DNA of 64,000 nt from Lama guanicoe (GCA_013239625.1 MU056000.1:9931175-9995174); one strand, 5' to 3'. Numbered from the stretch's first letter, positions 13,711 through 26,098 are shown. A program made the numbers and translations. Notes: a model not told the origin generated them from the sequence alone.

Positions 13711-14884
13711 ATATAATTCAGGGCCAGGGCGGGGTGGGGGCGGGGATCTGGCCCGGCTTCTCCACGTTACAGGGCTGGGGGGATCAGAGGAGAACACTTG
13801 GCCAAGCTGGAGCGGTTGCCTCCCTGGCATTCGGAATGAGAGCCAGAGAGAAGCCATCCTGGTGGCTGGAGACACGAACGCTCAGACAGCACAGGTTGGC
13901 TGCTTCTGCCCACACGCATGCAGACTATGGACACAACGCCAGTCTTCAGAAAGATGGAGCAAGAGTGAAGCAAAGAGCCCGCGTGTGCAGAGATGAGAGC
14001 CAGGATACTTGCTCATCCTGGCTTCCGCCCTTTCTCAGATCCAGCATCATCGCTGCCCACGCCCAGGACTCCCCAGGACAAGCCTGGCCACTTCAGGCCC
14101 ACTCCCCATTCTCTGCCTTCATTGGTTTTGGTTTCTGCAACTGAAAGAACCCTCATCTCCACATGATATCTCTACTCCTGGGAATCCTGCAGGAAGCATT
14201 TACTAGAAAAGATATTAAAGTCCATAACCAACATTATTTAGTGCCTTGATGGGCTCCTGTGAGCAGAATCTGGGGTAAGCAAGGTCTCTGAGTCCCACAC
14301 TTTTCTGCACTGCCTTTCAACTGTCCTGCCTCGCCTGTCTCTGTGGCCCTGGACCACTGGCTCCGCCCAAGCTGTTGTTCGGCGTTCACCTCTGGGACCC
14401 TGTTCCATACACGCAGCCCACAACGTTTCTGGCTCCATCTCCAGACTGCACACCTCTCATCTCCCGCCCCAGGGTTTCCCTGTTGCCTGGGATCTGCTCG
14501 TCTTCCCTGTCACACAATCCAAGGAGCAAGGGAATGAATGACCGTGAAGCAAACGTCCACCAGGAGGGAGGTGGAGCACGAGGTGAATTCTCCCTTCTTG
14601 CCTGCTGGTTCAGTCCCATCAGATGGCTAACAGCTAAGTACCACACCCTCGTATGGGCTCTCCCTCCTCCCCTACCTCACTCTTCCTCCCCTCACTCTTG
14701 CTTTCCCAGGATTGCACACCTAATACACTGGGAACACAAAACCACACTCAGACTGTTTTATTTAGGGAACGTCTTCCAAGATGTTCTTGATTTATAAGAG
14801 GTCGTTGGTAAAGTGAGAAGCTGAACGTGATAGAGATGAACAATTCCTGGCTACCTTCCTTTCTGGTAACTGCAAATGCAACAG

Positions 14885-14964
14885 GATACTATGGTAACTG
14901 GACACAAGACATAAAGCGAATGAGTCCCCTGCCAGTGAGTTACTCTGAGCGTTACCGTAGTAAC
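14885..14964. promoter_or_regulatory. Pair of RFX X-box motifs
   Basis: GATACTATGGTAAC (14885-14898) and GTTACCGTAGTAAC (14951-14964). Confidence 0.55.
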
Positions 14965-15186
14965 AGATCACCAATTTCTCACACAAGAGAATGAAAGCAA
15001 AATCATATTAGCAAATGAACTAAGTTTAATGTCTCCTTATCTACAAAATATGAGAGAATTTAATAAGATGCTTCAATGGGACCTCTCAAATAATGACTAC
15101 TTTTGTCTGTAGAAAAATGAACACGTGGTGATAAGGGTTTGGAAACCCAAACCGAAGGCCAACTTCAAGGACGCCACTTCCGGGGA

Positions 15187-15205
15187 AAGCCACTAGGTGG
15201 CGAAC
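15187..15205 (+). promoter_or_regulatory. CTCF motif
   Basis: AAGCCACTAGGTGGCGAAC matches the CTCF core; an ETS motif CACTTCCGG lies immediately upstream. Confidence 0.6.
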
Positions 15206-15973
15206 TTACCCATCCCTCGGATTTTTTTCTACCTACAAGTCACCCCAGGGTTGGCTCTGCTCCTATTCTGGTTAAGAATTTGCTATTTCGACAAACTAAA
15301 ACTTATTTGCGATAATACAAGAATTTCAGAAACCTCTAAATTTAAAAAGTTGAAAATGGTTTTAGTGCAGATACAATAAAAGTGGGATAAATTTAAAGCA
15401 CAGAGAAGGTTTTACTTGTCCACTGGCTGCATGTATTTTGTTTCTGCTGTTCCTCTAGAGCGGGAGGCATCATCATGAAGCGTTGGATCAGGGCTTGGGA
15501 TCTGGTTTACTTTGCTTTGGAGGGATATGGGTGTTCGCTGTTTAAACAAGGTGTTCTGATAACCAAAAAAAAAAAAAATCATTTCTCAAATGAAGCCAGG
15601 GCAGAAATGGGAGCCTGAGGAGAGAGAAACGACCAGGGGGTGGAGGGTGCGATGCTTGCAGATGGGAGAAACAGCACAGGGGTATCGTGATGACAACAGC
15701 ATATATGTGTGTATATATATATATATATATTTAATGATTAATGTGAGAAATGCTTTACAACAGAACCTCCACAGCTTCACAATAAAATTCATAAAATAAC
15801 TTACTACAGAGCTGTACAATGGAATTCTACACAGCCATTAAACATCATGTTCAAGAGGGATTTTAATGAAATTAAAACATGTTTATGATATGTTGTAAAA
15901 TGAAATAAAAAATCAAGCTCCAAGAGTACAAACTAATTTTTTATTTTAAAAAGTTAATAAAAAATAGGTTACA

Positions 15974-16054
15974 GCGGGGTGGGTATAGTTCAGTGGTACA
16001 TGCTTAGCATGCATGAGGTCCCAGGTTCAATCCCCAGTACCTCTATTTAAAAAA
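15974..16054 (+). mobile_element. tRNA-Ala-derived SINE (short)
   Basis: tRNA-like head and poly-A; TSD aaaatagRttaca at 15961-15973 and 16055-16067. Confidence 0.85.
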
Positions 16055-16199
16055 AAAATAGATTACATGTACGTGTGTGGCTACAGAAGGAGAAACTATT
16101 ATTCATAGTGATTATTTCTGAGACTGAGAGGTTCACTTCCTTATTTTTATGTCATCTGTATTTCCTAGGTTTTCCTGTCTTATTTTTATTTTAATTACT

Positions 16200-16420
16200 A
16201 GCATTACTCTTTACCTGGCCCTGTTCTAAGCCCTTTATAAACAGCAATTCACTGAATCCTTACAACATGCCTATGAAGTAGTTACTGTTACTATACCTAC
16301 TTTTATAAGTTAAAACATTGACAAACAGAGAAGTCAAGTTACGTACTAGAGGTCACACAGCTTATGAGTGCTAGAGCCAGGATTCAGACCCAGGAAATCT
16401 GGCTCCAGATTCTGTGCTCT
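16200..16420 (-). mobile_element. MIR
   Basis: cagagaagtcaagt...aggtcacacagct...agagccaggattcagacccagg. Confidence 0.7.
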
Positions 16421-16557
16421 TAAACTAATTTTAAAAAGAAAGAGAGAGAGCAAAAGGATAAAGAAAAAACATAAAGAAAAAGGGAGGAAGCGAAAAAAGA
16501 AGGAAAGAAACCATTTGCCACAAGGGAACAATACACATGTGCTTTAAAAAGCTTTTA

Positions 16558-16743
16558 ATTTTTTTTGACTTTTTTTTTCTTTCAGCACTTTATTTATTTT
16601 AATTTTTTAAAATTTTTTTGGGGGGGACAGGTAATTAGGTTTACTTATTTATTTATTTTTAGAGGAGGTTCTGGGGAATGAACCTGGGACCTTGTGTATG
16701 CTAAGCATGCACTCTACCACTTGAGCTATATCTCTCCCTCTAG
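16558..16743 (-). mobile_element. tRNA-Ala-derived SINE
   Basis: Antisense ctaagcatgcactctaccacttgagctata; TSD aaagctttta at 16548-16557 and 16744-16753. Confidence 0.85.
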
Positions 16744-16760
16744 AAAGCTTTTAAAAATCA

Positions 16761-17319
16761 ACATGGAAGCAACCTAAATGTCCACTGACAGATGATTGAG
16801 TAAAGAAGCTATGATATATTTATATGCTGAAATACTACTCAGCAATAAAAAAGAATAAAATAATGCCATTTGTAGCAACAGGGATGGGCCTAGAAATTAT
16901 CATACTAAGTGAAGTAAGTCAGACAGAGAAAGACAAATAGCATATGATATCACTTATATGTGGAATCTAAAAAAGTGACACAAATAAACTTATTTACAAA
17001 ACAGAAACAGACTCACAGACATAGAAAACAAACTTATGGTTACCAAAGGGGAAAGGGGAATAAATAAGGAGTTTGGGATTGGCAGATACAAACTACTATA
17101 TACAGAATAAACAACAAGGTCCTACTGTGTAGCACAGGGAACTACATTCAACATCTTATAAATCGCTTCTCGGCCTTTTGGCCAAGATCAAGTGCAACAT
17201 CTTGTTAATAACCTAGAATGAAAAAGAATATATATACATATGTATAACTGAATCACTATGTTGTACACCAGACACTGACACAACATTGTAAATCAACTAT
17301 ACTTCAATTAAAAAAAAAA
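16761..17319 (+). mobile_element. 5'-truncated L1 (hosts the U2 fragment)
   Basis: acatggaagcaacctaaatgtcca... through poly-A; TSD cttttaaaaatca at 16748-16760 and 17320-17332. Confidence 0.9.
17162..17194 (+). pseudogene. 3'-truncated U2 snRNA retropseudogene (U2 nt 1-33)
   Basis: ATCGCTTCTCGGCCTTTTGGCCAAGATCAAGTG equals the U2 5' end with one mismatch. It is flanked by caacatcttataa (17149-17161) and caacatcttgtta (17195-17207). Confidence 0.93.
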
Positions 17320-19151
17320 CTTTTAAAAATCACATAATGCCTCTAAAATTGTAGTATTAAAAGAAACCTGAGTTTTTAAAAGGAAAAGTGTAAACTGACA
17401 AAAAAATAAATAACAAACATTGAAATGTCTAATGCCGAAAAAATTAACTGCAGGAATCTAGAATCATACAAAGAAAATCTCTTAAATAAGAGGCTCTTAA
17501 TTTTTTTTCTGAATGCTTCGTGCTGGCAGCTGTCCCTCTCAGAGCACAGTCTGTGTCAAGGGGCTGCGTTCACCTCTCCCCTAAACAAGCCTGGACTTCG
17601 CCTCTCCAGAGCGTGCCTCAACCTGACTGGCACAAAAGTCTTTTTTTTTTTTTTCAAACCAAGTAAAAGAAAACCAACGTGTGAAAAATGGGGGGCGGGG
17701 GGAGGCATAATCCCCAAACTGAAAGGATAGCAAACTTCAAATATGCATTCAGATTCTGTAAGTTTGTCTTCTTCAAGACCAAGGGCTGAAAGCTAACCAC
17801 TGACATCTTTCTGCTGCAAAAACCAAGCAGCCAGGTGGGCAGTGGCTGCTCTGCTCGGCTCTGTGCAAGGAAGGAAAGTGCCAGCCTGAATGGGTTCCTT
17901 TCTAGACACATGCTCTTCAGGTTGACCAGACCTGAGGGCTCAGGCTGGGGTTCAGGGAAGAGGAAGGAAAAAGGGAGAGGAGGGGGTTGTGGGGAAGAAA
18001 CGGGAGCAGGAAGAAACCTAGAGGAGCAAGGAAGAGCCGTGAGAGGGAGGAGGGGGAGGCAAGACAGAAAGAGATGGGGGGCGCTTCATTTTTCTACAAC
18101 TGGGGTTCACATGTCAAGGAAGGGGACCCAAAGGTTGAAACTCATGAAGCCTCAAACCCAAAAAGAGCACTATTTCTTTCTTGTCCTCTGTCCCTAAGTG
18201 CAGACTTGAGGCAAAAATCATCTACAGAACGGATGCCTGGGTCTTTATCTCTTCAAAACCTGGTCAGGGAGAAACTTTGTAAAGAACTTTGAGTGTCCCA
18301 TGTAACAAGCAGTCAGCCGAATCCTTTCTTCCCCGGCAGTCCCCTCCAGCACACAGAGCAGGAACACGCAGACCTCGTTAGAAAGTAACCTTAATACAAA
18401 GAAAGCAAGTGCCGTTTAGGCCAGGAACACGCAAGCCCCAGAAGCGGCAGTGGTGTCACAGACCCCCAAGGAGTGTGACAGACATTCATTGGCCCGTTCA
18501 GCTCCCAGAATATCCAGCCTCCAGGAAACAGGTGTTGTTTAAATAGTCAAGGACTGAACTGTTTACAGATCACTGTCCCCGGGAGCTCTCTGCTCCACTC
18601 CACGGGGCCAGTGGTTTGTCTGGTGGTTCCTACTTGAGTTGCAGGAAACAGGAATTGCTGAGCTCAAATGAACGGCTTCAAAGAGCCTTCAGAGAACATC
18701 CTTAAACCCCAATGTTCTGCACACACTGACTGATTACTGCCCGCCACAAACACACTAATCCCACCGTGTACCCCAGGCCCCAACCCAAAAAGTCAACCTA
18801 TTCCCAGGTTTCCCACAAAATTGTACACGGTGTATTTAAGAAATTCAGAGAAGGACGGAGATAAAGGTAAGAATGAAGGAAAATCTATGGTATCTCTTTG
18901 CAGAATGTTTGTGTCACTGTTCCAAAAGATCATCTGCACCTCAGCTTTGCTCTTAAGCCCAAAACAGATGAACACTTTAACCTAGTATCTTTATATTGAT
19001 TCATTTACCGGTGACATACTGGACCCTGTTTTGTCTCATTTTGGTGCCAGTGGCCTAACAACTTGATTTTAAACGTCTATTTTTTAGAAATTCCACTGCA
19101 AGAATATACCTCTATATTCGGGGGATTCCCTCATAACGGAGCTGTACTTAC

Positions 19152-19219
19152 ATGACATACTTAATGAAGAACCACCAAGTTATTGGTACCCTACTCTCAT
19201 CTAATGTTATTTCCCAATA
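19152..19219 (-). other. Candidate internal exon (68 nt)
   Basis: ccttttggatctctttttag|TATTGG...TATGTCAT|gtaagt. One open frame (YWEITLDESRVPITWWFFIKYV). Confidence 0.3.
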
Positions 19220-19293
19220 CTAAAAAGAGATCCAAAAGGTAAGAATACAACATTAGCCATTTTTAAGTCTTAATTGTAAGATTTAAAATATTA

Positions 19294-20260
19294 CACAACT
19301 TAATAACAACAACAAAAAAAAACAACCCAAAAATGGGCAGAACTAAACAAGCAGTTCTCCAGTGAAGACATACAAATGGCCAATAGGCACATGAAAAAAT
19401 GTTCAAAATTGCTAATTATCAGAGAAATGCAAATCAGAACTACAGTGAGGTATCACCAGTCAGAATGGCCATCATTAAAAAGTCCACAAACAATAAATGC
19501 TGAAGAGGCTGTGAAGAAAAGGGAACCCTCCTACACTGCTGGTGGGAATGTAGTTTGGTACAGCCGTTATGGAAAACAGTATAGAGAGGCCTCAAAAAAC
19601 TAAAAATAGACCTACCATATGATCCAGCAATCCCACTCCTGGGCGTATATCCCGAGGGAACTCTAATTTGAAAAGATACACACACCCCAATGTTCATAGC
19701 AGCACTATATACAATAGCCAAGACGTGGAAACAACCTAAATGTCCATCAACAGATGACTGGATAAAGAAGTTGTGGTATATTTATACAATGGAATACTAC
19801 TCAGCTATAAAAAAGAATAAAATAATGCCATTTGCAGCAATATGGATGTATCTGGAGATTGTCATTCTAAGTGAAGTAAGCTAGAAAGAGAAAGAAAAAA
19901 TGCCATAAGATATCACTTATATGTGAAATATTTTTTAAAAAGAAAAGAAAAGAAGACACTAGTGAATTTATCTATAAAACAGAAACAGACTCACAGACAT
20001 AGTAAACCAACTCATGGTTACCAATGGGAACGGGGGTGGGAAGAGATAAATTGGGAGTTTCAAATTTGCAACTACTATCTACTGTATATAAAATAGATAA
20101 ACAAGTTTGTACTGTGTAGCACAGGGAACTTGTAGTAACCTATAATGAAAAAGAATGTGAAAAGGGACATATGTATGTATATGTATGACTGGGACACTAT
20201 CTTGTACACCAGAAATTAACACATTGTAACTGACTGTACTTCAATAAAAACAAACAAAAA
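19294..20260 (+). mobile_element. 5'-truncated L1 (ORF2 C-terminus + 3' UTR)
   Basis: ORF-track peptides [10 protein letters not shown]... and [20 protein letters not shown]... are L1 ORF2; TSD taaaatatta at 19284-19293 and 20261-20270. Confidence 0.92.
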
Positions 20261-21795
20261 TAAAATATTAGCTCACTGGGCATATACTGACATACAGTTT
20301 CTGAAACATAACTAAAACTCCCAGGGTGAAACTTAGCCTCTCCTAAACCAACTATCACTACGGAGGCCACTGGATAACGACCCGATTCCGTCTTCAGATG
20401 CCTTCATTATCCCAGAAATACCAAAGCTCTTTTTTTGAGAAGTGGAAGTCTATTTCTGTTACTCATTAACACTCTTAAAGCACATGTAAGCCAATGAAAG
20501 AGCAACAAGAAGTCACAGGCACGGGGTCTGATCAATGTCCTCCATGAAGAGCCAATGGGCACCCAATTTTTCCCTTAGTGGTGCCGGCGTACACGTGCTT
20601 AGCTTTAAAATGGAGCATCTAGAATTCTAACAAAGATACAATTAGGTCTCAAAGTCATTATGAAGTTAATGAACAAATATAACCACGATGCAGATGCTAC
20701 AACAATTCCAAAAGAAGTTAAATACCCTGTGTTTTTCTTCCGCTCTCTGAATGTCCTCTTTAAGCAGGTGGAACATATTTTCAAGGTAAGTGAGGTGACT
20801 ACGAGGCAGTTCTCATTTTTAAGTTTCTAGGTTTCCACAAGCCCTTCTGGGAAGGGGGTACTGAATACCCGAGAATTCCGAGATTAATTTTCTTGGCAAA
20901 AAGAAAATCAAATATTCCACCCATTCTATGATCAACTGTAAAGGGAATGAAATAGAGATTACATAGAATTTGGTCTCATGAAAAGACTATTCAGTTAATA
21001 AAACTTTTTAATTGCCTAGTACACTCAGCATGGTGCTAGATACACACAGACATCGATGTTTCCGCTAATAGCATAAGGACATAGGAAAAGTGAATACTAT
21101 CATCCTCAAAAAAGGTTTGAAAATCTTAAGCATGGCCACAGAAGAAACCTGATTCATGGGCGGTTCTAGAATCAGCTTCACTAATTTACAGTCACACCCC
21201 GGGGCAGCGGGATACCCGGAGAGACTATGATGCACTAGCCTCTAGAGGCTAGAAGAATCTGGCCCGAGCACCCACTCCATGCCTTTCCAAGACTTCACTA
21301 GACCCTCAAGGGGCTGAAAGGCTCAAGGTCACCTCCAGTTCTGACTTCTTCCTCTGGGGGTCCACGTGTACCACATAGCCCATTGCTCAAATTCTAGGAA
21401 ACAATGAAGTAGCGTGTGAATACAATGGACCCCTCAGAGCAAAAGGGGGAATACAGTTTCCAAATGAACGGCAGGCATCCCCACTCTCGGGCTCCCTGCT
21501 CATCCCTCGCCTGCGGGGGGGGGGGGTGTCCCACCACGACTGTACCACCACACTTGTCCCAGCTTCCATCTCCAGGCATCCCCCAGCCTTGCTGCCTAGG
21601 TCATCCATCTCTCCGCCACCCCTTACCCACCCAGTGAACTTGCTGTAAGCTATTCTTCTGGGTTGTTCTGACTTTGCCCGCAGATCTCTTCTCCGATCTC
21701 TAGTGACTTAACAGGAGTTTGTTTGCTTTTCCCAAAGACAACTTCCTCACTCAAAAGGAATTCTGCCATTGATATAATTAATTATGTACACTGAC

Positions 21796-21831
21796 CTTCC
21801 TGGAAAACTACTATCATCAATTCTATAATGG
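21796..21831 (-). other. Candidate internal exon (36 nt)
   Basis: tttctttaatgtctcttactgtttcag|CCATTATAG...CCAGGAAG|gtcagt. Confidence 0.3.
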
Positions 21832-22827
21832 CTGAAACAGTAAGAGACATTAAAGAAATGCAGACCTTTAAAATCATCACTGTAAGACGCTTCAGCGAAA
21901 TAGTCACACCATAAACAAAGACGGCAGAGTAGAATCCTGTTGTAAGATGACTCATTCCACATCACAAGTGTGAAAAGATACCTAACCCCAGACACAACAG
22001 CTACGTATAATCAAAGCCCACTGTGACGTGGAAAATAGGTTAACCGTTCTTCTGCGTTTTTACTATAAAGGAGCCACCATAGGGCTCAGTCCTCTCCACT
22101 TACAGGCTTCGATGGAAAAGGAGGCATAAGAGGAAGGACCTCAACTTGAGAGCTCTTTGCTCAGCTCTGCCTCTTTGTTCCCAGACTGCTGCTCACCTAA
22201 TCCGTCTGTTTGCTGTCATTACCACATTTGCCTGTAACATCTCTTCCTTCTGTGTGGCTAGCTGCTCGCCTCCTTAGGTTCACTTGGAACTGCTGTGCGA
22301 GTTCACGGCCACAATCCATCTTCAGCAGCATCTGTCCATCACCATGAGTGGCAGCAAACTTGGAACGATGTAGCCAGGTTGACCACGTTCCAGGAGCTCC
22401 CAGACACAAGCTCATCATCAGACAAGACTGCAAGTGGCTGATGGAGGCCAATTTGAGGCTTTGCCCCCCATTGACCCCCCTATACTGTTCAGGCCACAAT
22501 AGGCACCTACATTTTGTACTGAGTCGGTTTTCATTTTAACTTGTCTAGGATTTTCAGCAGCATTTGACACGCTGGTCTTCCCAATGAGATGGTTAAATCT
22601 TTTTGAGGACAAAGAGCCATACCTTCGGTCTCTTTCAAGTCTCACACATCGCCTTGTAGAGCATCTCCTACCAAAGCCAGCCAGAGGGAAAATCGTGCTG
22701 AAGGCAAAATTAGCCGCTGGTTCCTTTCTTCCTTCCTTCCTTCCACCCCCTTTCTCCTTCTCCCCTCCCATCCTTCCAGAGCCAAGATCTCCCAAGCCAC
22801 CCACAAAAGCACTTACTTAAGCCAATG

Positions 22828-23960
22828 GTGGGGGTGGATCTTGATTAAGTGGGTCTGAGGTTTATGCAAATCGGGAGCCCCACATTAAGAAATAAAATAC
22901 AGAATTATAGACACAAAGTTAGGCTTTAAAGTGAATATTTAACTAGAAAGAAAAAACAAAATAGAAAAAAAATTACAATTTTTTTAAAAGCTGGCAACAC
23001 AAAAGCCAGGAAATAAATAACAGAATATTTGTATTAACTTCCTGGAAGACTTCTATGTCAAATAGATACGCATACACAGAAATGTACCTGCGGTTTTGGC
23101 TGCAAACTTTCTGTCTCCTCTTATACAACTTTGCAGTATTTTCCATAGAGCGAAGACAAAGATAATCTAACCCTTCCACCAGGAGGGTTGATAGAAATTT
23201 GTCTTTTATTATGGAGAGGTGGGATGCTCAAAACATGTAAGTTCCCAAACAAATGCTATTTACAGTACAGTTTACAGATATATACCCTACCAACATGGGG
23301 TTTTGATCACTTCTATTTTGCACAATTCCCATCATAAAAGAAAAAATGTATAGTGTGTTTATACTTGCATTATTACATTATCAGGAGCAGTCATGACAGA
23401 ACAGAATGTACATTTTTGCGTGTACACGGATGAGAACCAAATCCTCTCCACTGTGGGCACTTTTGATCATTAAAAGTGTTTCCCTAGACTAGCTTCTGGC
23501 TCATCCATTTCAAACCTAGTCTCTACTCCATGGACCACATCCTTCCATGCTGGGCACCACAGAACACTTTCACATTCATGTGACCTCAGCCCTGGACCTT
23601 TAGGTCCTGACTTAGCAAGAGGAATGACTGTACTGGAGACACACAGCAAAATGTATCGGTGCCATCACTTTAACATAACCCCAAACCCCATAGGAAATGT
23701 CTTCTCCACTCAGCTTCCCCTGAGCTGGATCTTAAAAATGCCTGTGGCCATTCCAACTCAACCCAAGAACAGGGGAACTTAATGAAGGTGAAGTTAAAGT
23801 GGAAAGAGACAGACACGATTCTTCACCCACTGCCCTTAAGATACCTCACTTCTGCCAATTGTACAAACACACACATCCATTGAGTTCATTGCTTGGCCCG
23901 TCCCGTGAAAGTAGAGGACCTGGAACCTAATCTTCATTAGTTTCACTGGGAGCCACCCCT
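22828..23960. mobile_element. About 1.1-kb hAT-type DNA transposon relic with MER53-like ends
   Basis: Left end ggggtggatct...gggtctgaggtttatgcaaatcgggagcccc and right end ctggaacctaatcttcattagtttcactgggagccacccct resemble MER53 termini, from memory. Confidence 0.5.
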
Positions 23961-24361
23961 AGACCATCCTCTCTGCGTGGGGAACATGAATGACACCTGT
24001 TAAGTAGGTGCCTTCTCTCACACTGTATTTCACATCCACTAGCTCATTTCATCCTAACCATCACTTTGTGAGGAAAGTAATAATTCCATCTTATAGATGA
24101 AAACACTGAAGTGCAAACAAGTTTCTCAGAGGACATCCAAAATACTACTGACATGATTGCTCCCAGGGAGGAAACGAGTAAGCAGGGCTGGGATAAAGAC
24201 ACGCTTTGAACTGTACACTCTTTTATGTTATTCAAGGGTTGTTTTTTTTTTCCTTTTTTTCCCATGATCATTAACTACTTTTTAAATTTAAAACTATAAA
24301 TTTTAAAGAATAAGAATTCATACTAAGAGGGAAATTACCAATAGATTGATGCATTTTATCA

Positions 24362-25220
24362 CTGCTTTATGTTGAATTGTGCCCCCCTCAAAAAAGACAT
24401 GTTGAAGACCTAACCCCCCCCCAATACCTCAGGACATGACCTTATTTGGGTATAGAGTCCTTGCAAACTGAACCAAGTTAAGATGACATCATTGGGATGG
24501 TCCCTAGTCCAATAAAGCTGGTGTTCTTATGCAAGGTGGGCATTCTTCCCATTGAGTGGTGGGGTCTCCTCCCTCAAAATGAGAAGGGAAGAAGTCGTGA
24601 CTGTTTGACGAGCAGAGCACAGCAGAGGTAACTTCTGTGTTTAGGTCATAAACGTGATGCTGGTTCTGCCTTGTGTTCCGGAGTACTCCTTCTCACAAGC
24701 TTTCTACCACCGTGAAAGCAGCCAACTGTCCTGAGGCCACTTTGCTGTGAGGAAGCCCATTCGGAGAGACCAACCACGTGGAGTCACATCTCAGACCGGC
24801 TGTGTCTGATCTGCGACACAGAAAGAGAGAGAGATGCCCGTCCGGCCTCAGCTACTCCGGCCCCTCAAGCCACAGAGGAGACCCTCAAGCCAGAATCACC
24901 AGCTGAGCCTGTTCCTGGCTTCCTGATGCACAGAAACTGGAAGAGATAATACAGTGATTGCTGTTCTTTTAAGCCACTAAGTTTGAGTCTCAGACCGGCT
25001 GTGTCTGATCTGCGACACAGAGAGAGAGAGAGAGAGATGCCCGTCCGGCCTCAGCTACTCTGGCCCCTCAAGCCACAGAGGAGACCCTCAAGCCAGAATC
25101 ACCAGCTGAGCCTGTTCCTGGCTTCCTGATGCACAGAAACTGGAAGAGATAATACAGTGATTGCTGTTCTTTTAAGCCACTAAGTTTGGGAGTGATCTGA
25201 TGTGCAGCCGTGATAACCTC
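24362..25220 (+). mobile_element. MaLR (MLT1) LTR fragments containing a 200-bp tandem duplication
   Basis: gttgaattgtgcccccc...gaccttatttggg; tttaagccactaagtttg occurs twice. Confidence 0.75.
24789..25188 (+). repeat. Tandem duplication, about 200-bp unit x2
   Basis: Copies at 24789-24985 and 24988-25188 are nearly identical. Confidence 0.95.
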
Positions 25221-26098
25221 CCACGTTCCAGAACTTCCTCTCTCATTAGAAAGGAAGTGCAGCTAATATTGCTGCTTAGTGCCTGTCTAAACATCATTTT
25301 TTGTGAAATAGGGATGTCAAATCTAGGTGAAGGTTTCTCCTGGCCCAGCTGTTCCTTATCTGAATGGTAACAACCACCTTCCTGCTAAGTCGGCTGAGTT
25401 CCCAACATGGTCCCTGACACTTAGTTAACTCTCTTTTGGGAAAGCTGCCAGAGTCAGTGATGATTCCTCCCTCTGGGCAAGGCCTTGCTTTGCTTCTTTA
25501 ATGAGCAATAACACGGGTACTTCAGGACACCAGTGCATCATAAGTTCTTTTATTCTTTACCCCCAGTAAGCTAAACAATGTTCAGAAGTGGTTCACACAG
25601 CTTTCAGCCCTCCAAGAGTAAGATGTTTCATTTTTTCCAATGTTCAAGCAATCAAAGGAAGTCCACAACCTCTCCCTTGCGGATGGGCACAGGGGGCTTT
25701 GCCCCCATCCCACAGCCCAGGCTTGTTGGCTCAACCTGGAGGCTGCTTCAAGCAAGACGGACATTCTGACTCTTCGTATTATCTCCCCAGGGGCAAAAAT
25801 ATTGGCCATGGGATCCGATCATAACTCTTCTAGCCCAGCTGGGGTAGGTACAGTGGCAGGCTTTCTTTAAATCAACTTCCTAAAATAATAGCATAAACCC
25901 AGGGAGGACCTAAACTTCCTCAGGAATCTGATAAACATCACGTGTTCTCTCTCCTTTCTGAATATGTACAATCCACCTCTGGCAAGACACGCCGAAGTTA
26001 CTTACCCAAGTTGCTCAAAAACAGTAGGCAGTGGTCACAATTTATTGATCTCATTTGGTCCCCAAAGAAAAGAGGAGAACAATCATTAATTGTGTGGT

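Noticed and set aside
17162..17194. Functional U2 snRNA gene
   Set aside because: Only the first 33 nt are present, with no Sm site or snRNA promoter context, and it sits inside an L1.
22021..22075. TGACGT plus CTATAAA as a plus-strand TATA promoter
   Set aside because: Short motifs expected by chance, with no supporting downstream gene structure.
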